From Gammaproteobacteria bacterium (GTDB lineage Bacteria; Pseudomonadota; Gammaproteobacteria; Steroidobacterales; Steroidobacteraceae), in the NCBI GenBank assembly GCA_003164785.1, contig PLUE01000065.1, positions 30,003 to 94,002 on the forward strand: 64,000 nt of DNA. Reading direction: 5' to 3'. The notes under the pieces are model-generated. The model had not been told where the DNA came from, ran no database searches, and was given only the letters and a program-made list of their open reading frames with translations. Positions within the stretch are counted from its first letter, which is position 1; each line of letters starts with the position of its first letter. The translations under genes and the position numbers were made by a program. Below are positions 28,034 to 36,583 of the stretch, piece after piece.

Positions 28034-28312
28034 TTGCATCGCGAGGCGACGCTGCGATTGATTCCGGGTTCGCATCGCTGGGAGAAATGGGTCAAGCCCG
28101 TGCGCTGGCTCGACGATGGCAGCTTCTACGACCGTGGGGCCGGGGATCTCCCGGTGCCGGATCCCGAGCGCGACCATCTTCCCATCCTGGAGTGGGCCCT
28201 CGAACCGGGCGACGCCGTTGCCTTCGACTTCAGAACCGTACATGGCGCTCGGGGGAATGCCGCGGCGACTCGCCGCCGTTCTGGCGAGCGCAATGGCTTC
28301 GATGTAACCTGA
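28034..28312 (+). pseudogene. Phytanoyl-CoA dioxygenase (PhyH) family C-terminal remnant
   Basis: LRLIPGSHRW...GDAVAFDFRTVHGARGN matches the distal His/Arg region of PhyH-type Fe(II)/2OG oxygenases. The N-terminal two thirds are absent. Confidence 0.5.
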
Positions 28313-28358
28313 GCGATTGTTCATCAGTGACGAGGATTTCATGCGGGAAAAGCATTCG

Positions 28359-30131
28359 ATGATCGGCGTGGCATTGCGGCTTTTGCGGAACCCGTTGAGT
28401 GCCGGTTGTCTTGCCGCGGTCGCCGTGGGGGCCATGGCAGCGCAGTCGGCGCCCGAGTCGAGCGACGTGACGGTCTTCTTCGATGCCCACATCTATACCG
28501 CCGACCATGAGCGGCCCTATGCGGATGCATTGGCCATCGCCGGCGACAAGATCACGGCGGTCGGGGATCTGCAGTCCGTTCTGCGTGCGGCCGGGGCGTC
28601 GGCCAAACGCATCGATCTTCATGGCAAATTTCTCATGCCCGGCATGATCGATGCGCATTCGCACCCGATCGACGGCGGCTTGACGCTGATCCAGGCGCGG
28701 TACCCTGATACGACCGATTCCATCCCCGACCTGGTTCGATTCGTATCGGAGCAGTTGCAGCAGGGGTCGAGCCGTCTCGGGAATACCTTGGTGATCTACG
28801 ATCTGGATCTGGGCTTTTGGCCGCATGCCGCGGAGATCGATGCCGCGTTGAGCAGCGGCAGTTTCGCGAAGCAGCCCATCGTCCTCTTCGGATCCGATGG
28901 TCATACGGCGTGGGCCAATGAGGCGGCCCGCAGCCACGCGGGAATCACGCAGAAATATCTGCGGGGGTTGAAGCCGGCCGAGCGTCATTACTACGGCTTC
29001 GATGCGAGTTACAAGCCGACCGGCTTCGTGGTCGATGCCGGCAAGAGCAGGCTCGATCAAAGCCTGCCGCCGCCCGCCGCCGACACGATGTTGGCGGCGG
29101 GCAGGGAGGCGGTCCATTACATGAATTCGCTGGGCATCACCGGTTGGTTGGACGCGGCGGTGAGCGGCGTCGTCGGTGGATCGGTGCCCGCGAGCGTCAA
29201 GGATCCCGGTTTTCTGCCGGTGTATCGGGAATTGGGCAAGCGCGGTGAATTGACCGCTCACGTGACGGCCTATCCGGTCATCCAGCCGGACCTTGGATTC
29301 CAGCAGATCGACGTGGTCCAGGCTCTGCAGGCGCAGTACGGCGATATCCCGGACTTTCGCATTCCCGGTCTGAAGGTGTTCGCGGACGGCGTCGTGGAAA
29401 TTCCCTCGCAGACGGCGGCGCTCACCCGTCCGTACCTCAATTCGGGCCAATCGACGGCGGTGCTGTTCACGCCGTCGAAGTTCGACGCGCTGGTCACGGA
29501 AGCGGACCGGCGGGGCTTGATGGTGCACGTGCATGCCATCGGCGATCTGGCGGTGAAGGACACGTTGGATGCCTTCGAGGCCGCGCGCCAGGCGAATCCG
29601 TCGGGCGCGCTGCCCTTCACGCTGACTCACGCGCAGTTCGTCGATCCGGAAGACGTTCCGCGCTTTGCGCAGCTGCGGGTCGTGGCGGCGTTGCAGCTCC
29701 TGTGGGCGGTGGCCGACCCGAGCACGAACGAACAGGTGAAGCCGTTCATCGATCCGGCGATCTATCGGTCCATGTATCCGGCACGATCGCTGCTCGACAG
29801 CGGGGCGGTCATCGCGGGTGCGAGCGACTGGCCGGTCAGCACCGCGAATCCCTTCGCCGCCATATATCAGGCGGAGACGCGCAGCGGCCCGCAGGGGGTG
29901 TTGGATGCGGGACAACGCATGCCGCGGGAAGCGATGTTGTATGCCTATACGCATAATTCGGCGATCGTCCTGAATCAGCTCCATGACATCGGGTCGCTGG
30001 CGCCCGGCAAGCTCGCGGACCTCGTCCTGGTCGATCGGGATGTGCTCACCGTGCCGGCCGAAGAGCTCAAGGACTCGACGGTGGTTTGGACCATGTTCCG
30101 GGGGAAGATCGTCTACGGTCAGGCGCCGTGA
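28359..30131 (+). CDS. Amidohydrolase family 3 (YtcJ-like), secreted
   Basis: Signal peptide ...AAVAVGAMAAQSA, then LMPGMIDAHSHP, VHVHAIGD and GASDWPVS motifs. Confidence 0.85.
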   Translation: MIGVALRLLRNPLSAGCLAAVAVGAMAAQSAPESSDVTVFFDAHIYTADHERPYADALAIAGDKITAVGDLQSVLRAAGASAKRIDLHGKFLMPGMIDAHSHPIDGGLTLIQARYPDTTDSIPDLVRFVSEQLQQGSSRLGNTLVIYDLDLGFWPHAAEIDAALSSGSFAKQPIVLFGSDGHTAWANEAARSHAGITQKYLRGLKPAERHYYGFDASYKPTGFVVDAGKSRLDQSLPPPAADTMLAAGREAVHYMNSLGITGWLDAAVSGVVGGSVPASVKDPGFLPVYRELGKRGELTAHVTAYPVIQPDLGFQQIDVVQALQAQYGDIPDFRIPGLKVFADGVVEIPSQTAALTRPYLNSGQSTAVLFTPSKFDALVTEADRRGLMVHVHAIGDLAVKDTLDAFEAARQANPSGALPFTLTHAQFVDPEDVPRFAQLRVVAALQLLWAVADPSTNEQVKPFIDPAIYRSMYPARSLLDSGAVIAGASDWPVSTANPFAAIYQAETRSGPQGVLDAGQRMPREAMLYAYTHNSAIVLNQLHDIGSLAPGKLADLVLVDRDVLTVPAEELKDSTVVWTMFRGKIVYGQAP

Positions 30132-30187
30132 CGATTCGCGGCCGTCGCCCGACGTCGATGCGTTCACCTGCATCGTCGCCGGGATAA

Positions 30188-30201
30188 CTGACGCAGATCA
30201 G
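30188..30201 (+). promoter_or_regulatory. FNR/CRP-type half-palindrome (cTGAc-N4-ATCAg) upstream of the desaturase
   Basis: CTGACGCAGATCAG matches 7/10 positions of TTGAT-N4-ATCAA and keeps the TGA-N6-TCA core. It lies 43-69 nt upstream of the candidate desaturase starts. An FNR-type regulator is encoded directly downstream. Confidence 0.25.
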
Positions 30202-30243
30202 ATTTACGTCCGTGCAGCGGCGTTAGTCTGCACGTAACGGCGC

Positions 30244-31362
30244 ATGGCCGCCAGGCGGTGGCCCACGATGCATGCATTTCAGGAACTTGATGACCCCCCG
30301 CCGAGCGTGAGTGCCCGGGTCCCATCGGCCGTGTCGGTCACGGTGTTGCGGGCGGCGCTGGAGCCTTTCCGGCGCAAGCGCGATGCTTATGCTCTGCTGC
30401 TGCTGAGCGTCGACCTTTGCTTGCTGGGGCTGGGTCAATGGCTCGCGGTCGCGTGCAACGGCTTCTGGCCCATGAGCGCCGGCGTTCTGGTGACTTGGGT
30501 GGCGATCGTGCGCCTGTTCGTCATCGGTCATGATGCCTGCCATCAGGCATTGACCAGCAGCGCGCGGCTCAATCGCTGGATCGGTCGGATCGCGTTTTCG
30601 GTCTCCTTCACGCCCTTTTCGCTGTGGCGCGTGGGTCACAACATCGTTCATCATGGATTCAACAACCTGCGTGAGCGGGATTTCATCTGGGAGCCCATCA
30701 CGCCGGAGGCGTATCTGGCGATGTCGCGGTCGCGTCGCTGGTTGGAACGCGTGTATCGCGGCGCCCTCGGTCCCGGCGTGTATTACGTCGTCGAAATTTG
30801 GTGGAAGCGTCTGTTCTTTCCGAATCGCCGACTCATGCCGACCCGCCGCCCCGAGTTTCTCTGGGATTGCGTGCTGGGGGTGGTGGTGGGGCTCGGCTGG
30901 GTGGGGGCGGTTCTCGCCTACCGGCACCTGCACGCCCTGCCGCTGCTTCCCGGCCTGTTCGCGGCATGTCTCGTGCCCTTGTTTCTGTGGAATTGGACCA
31001 TGGGCCTGATCGTCTACCTGCACCACACGCATCCGCACGTGCGGTGGTACCGGGACCGGCGCGATTGGCAGAGCGGAGGTCCGCAATTGGCCGCAACCGT
31101 GCACCTCATCATGCCGGCCTTCTTCGACGGCCTGATGCATCACATCATGCAGCACCCGGCGCATCATCTGGATTCCACGGTGCCGCTCTATCATCTGGCG
31201 GCGGCGCAAAGGCACTTGAGCTTGCTGGGCGCCACCTATCTGCGCACGCCGTTCACGCTGTCGCACTGCCTGCGCTGCGTGCGCATCTGCAAGCTCTACG
31301 ACTACGCGAGGCAGTGCTGGATGCCGTTCCCCGGCGGCCGCGTCGCGACGGCCTCTCGGTAA
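30244..31362 (+). CDS. Membrane fatty-acid desaturase family protein
   Basis: Three His boxes (HDACHQ, HNIVHH, HPAHHLDSTVP) and several TM segments. Confidence 0.85.
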   Translation: MAARRWPTMHAFQELDDPPPSVSARVPSAVSVTVLRAALEPFRRKRDAYALLLLSVDLCLLGLGQWLAVACNGFWPMSAGVLVTWVAIVRLFVIGHDACHQALTSSARLNRWIGRIAFSVSFTPFSLWRVGHNIVHHGFNNLRERDFIWEPITPEAYLAMSRSRRWLERVYRGALGPGVYYVVEIWWKRLFFPNRRLMPTRRPEFLWDCVLGVVVGLGWVGAVLAYRHLHALPLLPGLFAACLVPLFLWNWTMGLIVYLHHTHPHVRWYRDRRDWQSGGPQLAATVHLIMPAFFDGLMHHIMQHPAHHLDSTVPLYHLAAAQRHLSLLGATYLRTPFTLSHCLRCVRICKLYDYARQCWMPFPGGRVATASR

Positions 31363-31406
31363 TCCCTGATGGTGGCCGCGGCCGGACAGACGTAGTCTTC
31401 GCCGCC

Positions 31407-32126
31407 ATGGATGACCGCCGCTTCGATGATTGCAGCGCCTGCGGACTCTACCGGCTGTGCTTGCCGGCGCGTTTGTCCGTCGCCCCGAGTCAGCGCATCG
31501 GCGACCTGCAGATCCGGCGATTGCGCCTCGCGCGGGGCCGGGTGCTTTATCGGTCGGGCGACGCCGTCGACTCGTTCTACATGATCCGCAGCGGCTGCAT
31601 CAAGGAGGTCGACGAGACGACGGGTCCCGCCGGCGTGGTGATTCATTTCGCGCTGCCGGGCGATCTGCTGAGCCTGCAGGCGCTCGGGGCTGCTTGCAGC
31701 GACACGACGGGCATCGCCCTCGAAACGTCGCACGTCTGCAGCGTCCCTTGGGCGAGATTCAACGCGCTGTGCGCGACGTCGCCTGCGGTCGCGACCGATT
31801 TCGTGCGTTTGATGGCGAGGACCGCGGGCGCGGTGCGTGATCTGTTGATGCTGATCCGCGACCGGGATGCCGTCGAGCGAGTCTCCGGATTTTTGCTGCA
31901 CTTGTCGAAGCGGTTTCAGGTTCGCGGCCTTCAAGGTGGGGAGTTCCGCTTGAGCATGAGCCGCGAGGACATCGCGAATTATCTGGGTCTGCGCAGCGAA
32001 ACGGTGAGTCGCTGCTTCAGCGATCTCGCGCAGCGCGGTGTCCTGCGGGTGCATGCCAAGCGGGTGCAGATTCTGCAGATGGCCGGTCTGCAGCAGCTGG
32101 CGTTCGGGGGTGGGGCGGAGGGGTGA
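31407..32126 (+). CDS. Crp/Fnr family transcriptional regulator with FNR-like N-terminal Cys cluster
   Basis: N-terminal C-x2-C-x5-C (CSACGLYRLC), a cNMP-like beta roll, and the C-terminal HTH REDIANYLGLRSETVSRCFSDL. Confidence 0.85.
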   Translation: MDDRRFDDCSACGLYRLCLPARLSVAPSQRIGDLQIRRLRLARGRVLYRSGDAVDSFYMIRSGCIKEVDETTGPAGVVIHFALPGDLLSLQALGAACSDTTGIALETSHVCSVPWARFNALCATSPAVATDFVRLMARTAGAVRDLLMLIRDRDAVERVSGFLLHLSKRFQVRGLQGGEFRLSMSREDIANYLGLRSETVSRCFSDLAQRGVLRVHAKRVQILQMAGLQQLAFGGGAEG

Positions 32127-32139
32127 GGTGGGGCATCCG

Positions 32140-32229
32140 CTTCGCTGGAAGCGCGTTGAACTTGATTGCCCGTTCGACCGCTTCGGCCATGTGCTCGAGG
32201 TAGTCCCCGACACGTTGCGGATGCGTCAT
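32140..32229 (-). pseudogene. HepT/DUF86 toxin N-terminal remnant
   Basis: MTHPQRVGDYLEHMAEAVERAIKF... resembles DUF86 N-termini. The ATG overlaps the upstream ORF stop (ATGA). Similarity is lost after ~25-30 aa, where the Crp/Fnr gene ends. Confidence 0.35.
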
Positions 32230-32489
32230 AATGGTTCGGCCTGATCCAGTACCTTGGCGCGGAATTTCGGTGATAAGAACCCGGGCGTCAGCACCGACAC
32301 ATGCACCCCCGTCAATTTCCGCGCATCGGCTTCCAATCCCGCCAGCGTAAAGAGCGTGGTCCCGCGCTGCGGCTCCAGGGGTGCGCCGATCAAGATTGGA
32401 GGTTCGGCGTGGGGGGATAGCAGGGGAGGGGGCTCGAGATCGCCGGCCAAAGGCCTTCGTAATGCGTATGACGGAGGCATCTTTCCCAT
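32226..32489 (-). pseudogene. MNT-type nucleotidyltransferase antitoxin remnant (degraded N-terminal half)
   Basis: The C-terminal half, ...TLFTLAGLEADARKLTGVHVSVLTPGFLSPKFRAKVLDQAEPL, fits the pattern sLfdl.gle..L..llg.kVDlvt...l.p..r..il.eA..l. The GSxxRG / DxD region is not intact in any single frame. Confidence 0.4.
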
Positions 32490-32634
32490 TTTCGAGAATT
32501 GGGGCGGACTTTAGGGCTGCGGCTTTTCTCGGAGATTTCGCCATCCCAGGATTCTAACATTCCCAATAAGGGCTCTTTATGGGAAAGATTGCTTACTGAA
32601 AAGGACTCAACGCGATCCCCATAACGCTGGGCCA

Positions 32635-32991
32635 TTAGTCTATTGGATATCCTTGCTCTTTCAATTGCCGACGCATCTCTTCTTTATCACGAAGTTGCAC
32701 CATCAATTTACCATTCGTCGTTGTGCCGTTCAGTCCCATGCACGTGATATACCCAGTGTCGTCGAGTTCCACTACCGGCCGACCATCGCGAATCATCGGT
32801 GTCAACTTTATCGTCCTGGTCGAGCCATCTGACATAGTTACTGTCTTGGTATAAGAATCCACAAACTGATCCCCGAATACAAAGTTTTGCTGGATCTCAT
32901 CCAGACAGACAATAAATTCCTTTGTTTTCACGGTTTGATCTCCCATTCGGCCGGACAATCTAGTCCAATTGACACGTTCGCTGAGGGACAA
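32635..32991 (-). CDS. Hypothetical protein (about 100-118 aa) in an AT-richer islet
   Basis: ORF in the ~45-50 % GC islet. The internal GTG (VKTKEFIV...) is preceded by GGAG at 8 nt. No recognisable motif. Confidence 0.45.
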   Translation of the reverse strand: MSLSERVNWTRLSGRMGDQTVKTKEFIVCLDEIQQNFVFGDQFVDSYTKTVTMSDGSTRTIKLTPMIRDGRPVVELDDTGYITCMGLNGTTTNGKLMVQLRDKEEMRRQLKEQGYPID

Positions 32992-33058
32992 AGATGGGAA
33001 AGCCTAATTCAATCCATTTCGATGCCGCCAGCGCGTCGATCCGCTTCACCCTTTCACA

Positions 33059-33319
33059 TTACCTCTGCTGAGCGGCGACGTATTTTTTGAGCGCTTCATC
33101 CATGCGCGTTTGCCAGCCTCGACCAGAGGCTCGAAAGTAGGTCAATACGTCGTTCGAGATTCGGACTGTCGTCTGGGTCTTCTTGGCCGTGCCAGCGGGA
33201 CGGCCACGGCGCACGAGCTTCTTGCCACGGTAGAGATCCGCGCTGGCGACCCATGCGTCATTGATTTCCGGCGCATCGTCCGGATCACGCGAGCTGCGGC
33301 GAGAGCTTTTTAATTTCAC
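33059..33319 (-). CDS. brnA: BrnA-family antitoxin
   Basis: ...RGRPAGTAKKTQTTVRISNDVLTYFRASGRGWQTRMDEALKKYV matches the BrnA (COG3514) pattern. It overlaps the 3' end of the brnT-like ORF. Confidence 0.75.
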   Translation of the reverse strand: MKLKSSRRSSRDPDDAPEINDAWVASADLYRGKKLVRRGRPAGTAKKTQTTVRISNDVLTYFRASGRGWQTRMDEALKKYVAAQQR

Positions 33320-33551
33320 GATGATTGGCCTTCCTCATGGAAATAACTCGCCGCGCGCGGCCGCGTGGCGTCCAAACTATGATCACGATCCGTCCCTCCA
33401 ATCTGCCCGCGGAAACGAAGCGCTCCTCGCTGTAATCGCGACGCTCGTCCGAACGCGTCAAATGCAGACCATCAAACACTTCTCTGGCTTGCCTAAAATC
33501 GAGTCCCCGCGTCGCCAGAGTTTTCTCTCGCTTAGCCGGATCGAAGGTGAT
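33285..33551 (-). CDS. brnT: BrnT-family (DUF497) toxin, no canonical start at the expected N-terminus
   Basis: In-frame ITFDPAKREKTLATRGLDFRQAREVFDG...EERFVSAGRLEGRIVIIVWTPRG..RRVISMRKANHREI is BrnT-like. The frame opens only 2 codons upstream (TAG AAG TGG ATC). The first canonical start is GTG 33479, which would remove 24 conserved residues. Confidence 0.6.
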   Translation of the reverse strand: MTFDPAKREKTLATRGLDFRQAREVFDGLHLTRSDERRDYSEERFVSAGRLEGRIVIIVWTPRGRARRVISMRKANHREIKKLSPQLA

Positions 33552-33649
33552 CCACTTCTAATTATTGTAGTTATGTTTATTGGGATGCGCAACCATACCG
33601 ATTTGGGTCATTTTTGCGAAAGATCGGCATGCCCGGCGAAGATTTGCTT

Positions 33650-34132
33650 CTACATTACCGGCGGATCCGGATCTTTCCCTGCATCAAGTAATTGCTCGCG
33701 GGAGACATTTTGCTCGTGCGACTGCTCAAGACAGAACGCCAGGTACTTCTGCGCCTGCGCCGCGTTCCACTTGATGGGATCCACGGATCTCAACAACCGG
33801 CTTCGATATTCGTACACCCTGCGTCGATCGGTAGCTGATACCCATTCCGGCGACCCTTCGGGCCAGACACGTTTGGCGATGGCAACACCGATCATTTCGG
33901 TGATTACGGTATCGCCATTCTCGAACGCATTGGCGACACCTCTGCAAGCTTCCCGAATGTCGTCCAGCCGCAGCAGATCGCCTTTGCAGGTCTGGGACAC
34001 CGGCGCGTACGCCGGAATCCCTATCGCCGCCACATTCTCGGTGCCAAAGCCGTTCTGAAGCCGGCGGCGGAGCGCGCTGCAACCAACGCTACCTCGTGAG
34101 GGAGCGCAACGTCGTGCGTGCGTCGGGATCAC
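33650..34132 (-). CDS. Hypothetical protein (160 aa or shorter)
   Basis: ORF at the edge of the AT-richer islet. No recognisable motif. The N-terminal ~25 aa are Arg-rich and may not be translated. Confidence 0.4.
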   Translation of the reverse strand: MIPTHARRCAPSRGSVGCSALRRRLQNGFGTENVAAIGIPAYAPVSQTCKGDLLRLDDIREACRGVANAFENGDTVITEMIGVAIAKRVWPEGSPEWVSATDRRRVYEYRSRLLRSVDPIKWNAAQAQKYLAFCLEQSHEQNVSREQLLDAGKDPDPPVM

Positions 34133-34206
34133 CTGTCATCGACCGGTCATTTGTCGGTCGCCATCGTGTGTGGCACCCTACGCGATCCATTCGCGAGTGA
34201 TGCTTC

Positions 34207-35571
34207 ATGAAATACGTTCCCGAGCCTGCCCGACACGTCGATGTGATTCTGGAAACCGATGTGCTGGTGGTCGGGAGTGGTCCCGGGGGGCTGGCGGCCG
34301 CGCTGGCGGCGGCGCGCGCGGGCGCGCGCACGACGCTGCTCGAGCGCAACGGCTGCTTCGGCGGCAACATCACGCAGGTCGGCGTCGAGGGTTTCGCGTG
34401 GTATCGGCACGAGAAGACGATCGATTGCGAAGGCATCGGCATCGAGTTCGAGGAGCGCGCCAAGGTCATGGGCGCCGCGATGCCCGAGCCTCAGTCGTTG
34501 AGCCATGCGCTGGACGCCGAGATGTTCAAGTATGTGGCCGACGTGCTCGTGCAGGAGGCCGGCGTGCAGCCGCTGCTGCACCGCATGTGCGTGGCGCCGA
34601 TCATCGAGAACGGCGCCATCCGGGGCGTGATCACCGAGAGCAAGTCGGGGCGCGAGGCCATCCTGGCGAAACGCGTGATCGACTCCACCGGAGATGCGGA
34701 TGTGGCGGCCCGCGCGGGTGCGCCGGTTCACAAGACGCCCAAAGAGGACATGATGGCGGCCTCGGTCATGTTCTCCATGACCGGCGTCAACAAGCAGCGT
34801 TTCATGGAGCAGATCAAGGCCGATCCGCAAACCTACAAGGACTGGACCGGCAATGGCGAGTGGGACATCAAGACCACCGGCAAGGAGGACGCGTTGTTCT
34901 CGCCGTTTCTGCGCAAGCCCTTCAAACAGGCGGTCGCGGCGGGCGTCATCCCGGCGAACCTGACCACGATCGCGGGAACCTGGGGAACGGTCACCGATCA
35001 GGGCGACCTCACGTATCTGAACCTCGTGGCCGTGCCCATGATCGACGGCACGGATGCGAACGATCTGACAATCGGTGAGATCGAAGGTCGCCGCCAGGCG
35101 ATCCATGCGGTGGCGGCGCTGAAGCGCTTCATGCCGGGCTGCGAAGACGCGAAGCTGCGCAATTTCGGCATGACGCTCGGCATCCGCGACACGCGCAAGA
35201 TAGACGCCCTCTACAACCTGACCGCGGCCGACGTGAGCGAGCAGGGCCGCTTCGAGGACTCCATCGGCATCTTTCCTGAATTCATCGACGGCTACGGCAT
35301 TCTGATTCTGCCCACGACCGGGCGGTACTTTCATGTTCCCTACCGATCCCTGGTGCCGAAGAACATCGGACACCTGTTGGTTGCCGGCCGTTCGATCGGC
35401 GGCGACAGAACCTCGCATGCCGCCGTTCGCAACATGATGTGCTGCGCGGTGAGCGGCCAGGGCGCCGGCGTCGCGGCGGCCATATCGCTGCGGTCCGGCG
35501 AGGGCTTCGAGAGCGTGGACATCGCCGCGGTGCAGCGGGAACTGTTGAGGCAGGGCGCCAGGATTCAGTGA
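34207..35571 (+). CDS. FAD-dependent oxidoreductase (FAD_oxidored-like)
   Basis: Dinucleotide fold DVLVVGSGPGGLAAALAAARAG..LLER, then GGNITQ and DSTGDADVAARAG. Confidence 0.85.
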   Translation: MKYVPEPARHVDVILETDVLVVGSGPGGLAAALAAARAGARTTLLERNGCFGGNITQVGVEGFAWYRHEKTIDCEGIGIEFEERAKVMGAAMPEPQSLSHALDAEMFKYVADVLVQEAGVQPLLHRMCVAPIIENGAIRGVITESKSGREAILAKRVIDSTGDADVAARAGAPVHKTPKEDMMAASVMFSMTGVNKQRFMEQIKADPQTYKDWTGNGEWDIKTTGKEDALFSPFLRKPFKQAVAAGVIPANLTTIAGTWGTVTDQGDLTYLNLVAVPMIDGTDANDLTIGEIEGRRQAIHAVAALKRFMPGCEDAKLRNFGMTLGIRDTRKIDALYNLTAADVSEQGRFEDSIGIFPEFIDGYGILILPTTGRYFHVPYRSLVPKNIGHLLVAGRSIGGDRTSHAAVRNMMCCAVSGQGAGVAAAISLRSGEGFESVDIAAVQRELLRQGARIQ

Positions 35572-36583
35572 GTCAAGCCGCCACCGTTGGTGCGGGCGGC
35601 GGCCACGGCGACTCGGCGCTCCGTTGGTGGGTGCTGCTGCTGGCGGCGATCGCGGTCTCGAGCAGCTACTACGAAGCGGACGCGATCGGGCCGATCGCCG
35701 ATTTGCTGCACCGGCAACGGGGATTTTCGCAGTCTCAGCTCGGCACGTTGAACGGCATCATCAGCGTGCCGAGCGTGGTGCTCGCCCTGGTCAACGGTCT
35801 GTTGATCGATCGCTACGGGCCGGCGCGTATGGCGCTTTGGTCCGCCGTCGTCGGGGTGGTGGGCGCCCTCGTGACGGCGGGCGCCGGCTCCTACGAGGTA
35901 ATGGTCGCCGGCCGCTTCATCTTCGGCGCCAGCGAAGGGGCGATTTTCATTGCGCTCGTCGCCGCCCTGGCGCGCTGGTTTTCGCCCAGCGGCATCGCCC
36001 TCGCCACCGCGCTCTATTTAAGTCTCGCCCGTGTCGGCTCCTATGCGGCCGACACGTCACCGACGTGGGCGCGGGCACTTTACGACAGCGGCTGGCGCGC
36101 GCCGCTGTGGCTGGGGGCGGCGCTCACCGCGGCGGGTTTCATCGCGGCGCTGGTGCTGTACGCGTTGGACCGCAAGCACCTGCCGCCCCCGAGGCGGGCG
36201 GTGGGGGTGACCGAGGAGCCGGTCCGATGGGCCTGAGCTTCTCCTTGGTGCCGGCCATCATTTGGCCGGCGACGACGTTGCTCGTGGCGCCGCGCAGGCT
36301 CGGTACGGCGCTCGGGCTCATCACGGTGGTCCAGGCGCTCGGCATCTTCAGCTCGAACCGCATCGCCGGCGCGCTCAGCGACCGGGCGGGCGCCGGCGCG
36401 GATAACCCGGGCGGATATTCCGTCATGTTGTGGTTCTTCGGCCTCTTGAGTCTCGTTGCGTTGACCTCCGCCGTGCTGCTGTGGCGGCGCGAATTGGGCG
36501 CGGAGGGTCATGGGCTCGAGGCCGCGAGCTATCGAGTCAGCGAGACGCCATCCGGCGCGGCGCGGTCGAGCGTGACGCCGTGA
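35568..36583 (+). pseudogene. MFS transporter split by an internal deletion and frameshift
   Basis: GTG 35568 overlaps the upstream TGA. Six TMs are followed by a stop at 36234-36236. The last ~3 TMs (MGLSFSLVPAIIWPATT...VMLWFFGLLSLVALTSAVLLW) continue in another frame from 36227. About 3 TMs are missing. Confidence 0.6.

Noticed and set aside
30798-31406. N-terminal 200 aa of the 442-aa ORF 30798-32126
   Set aside because: It overlaps the desaturase in another frame and is Arg/Ala/Gly-rich. The Crp/Fnr homology begins at ATG 31407.
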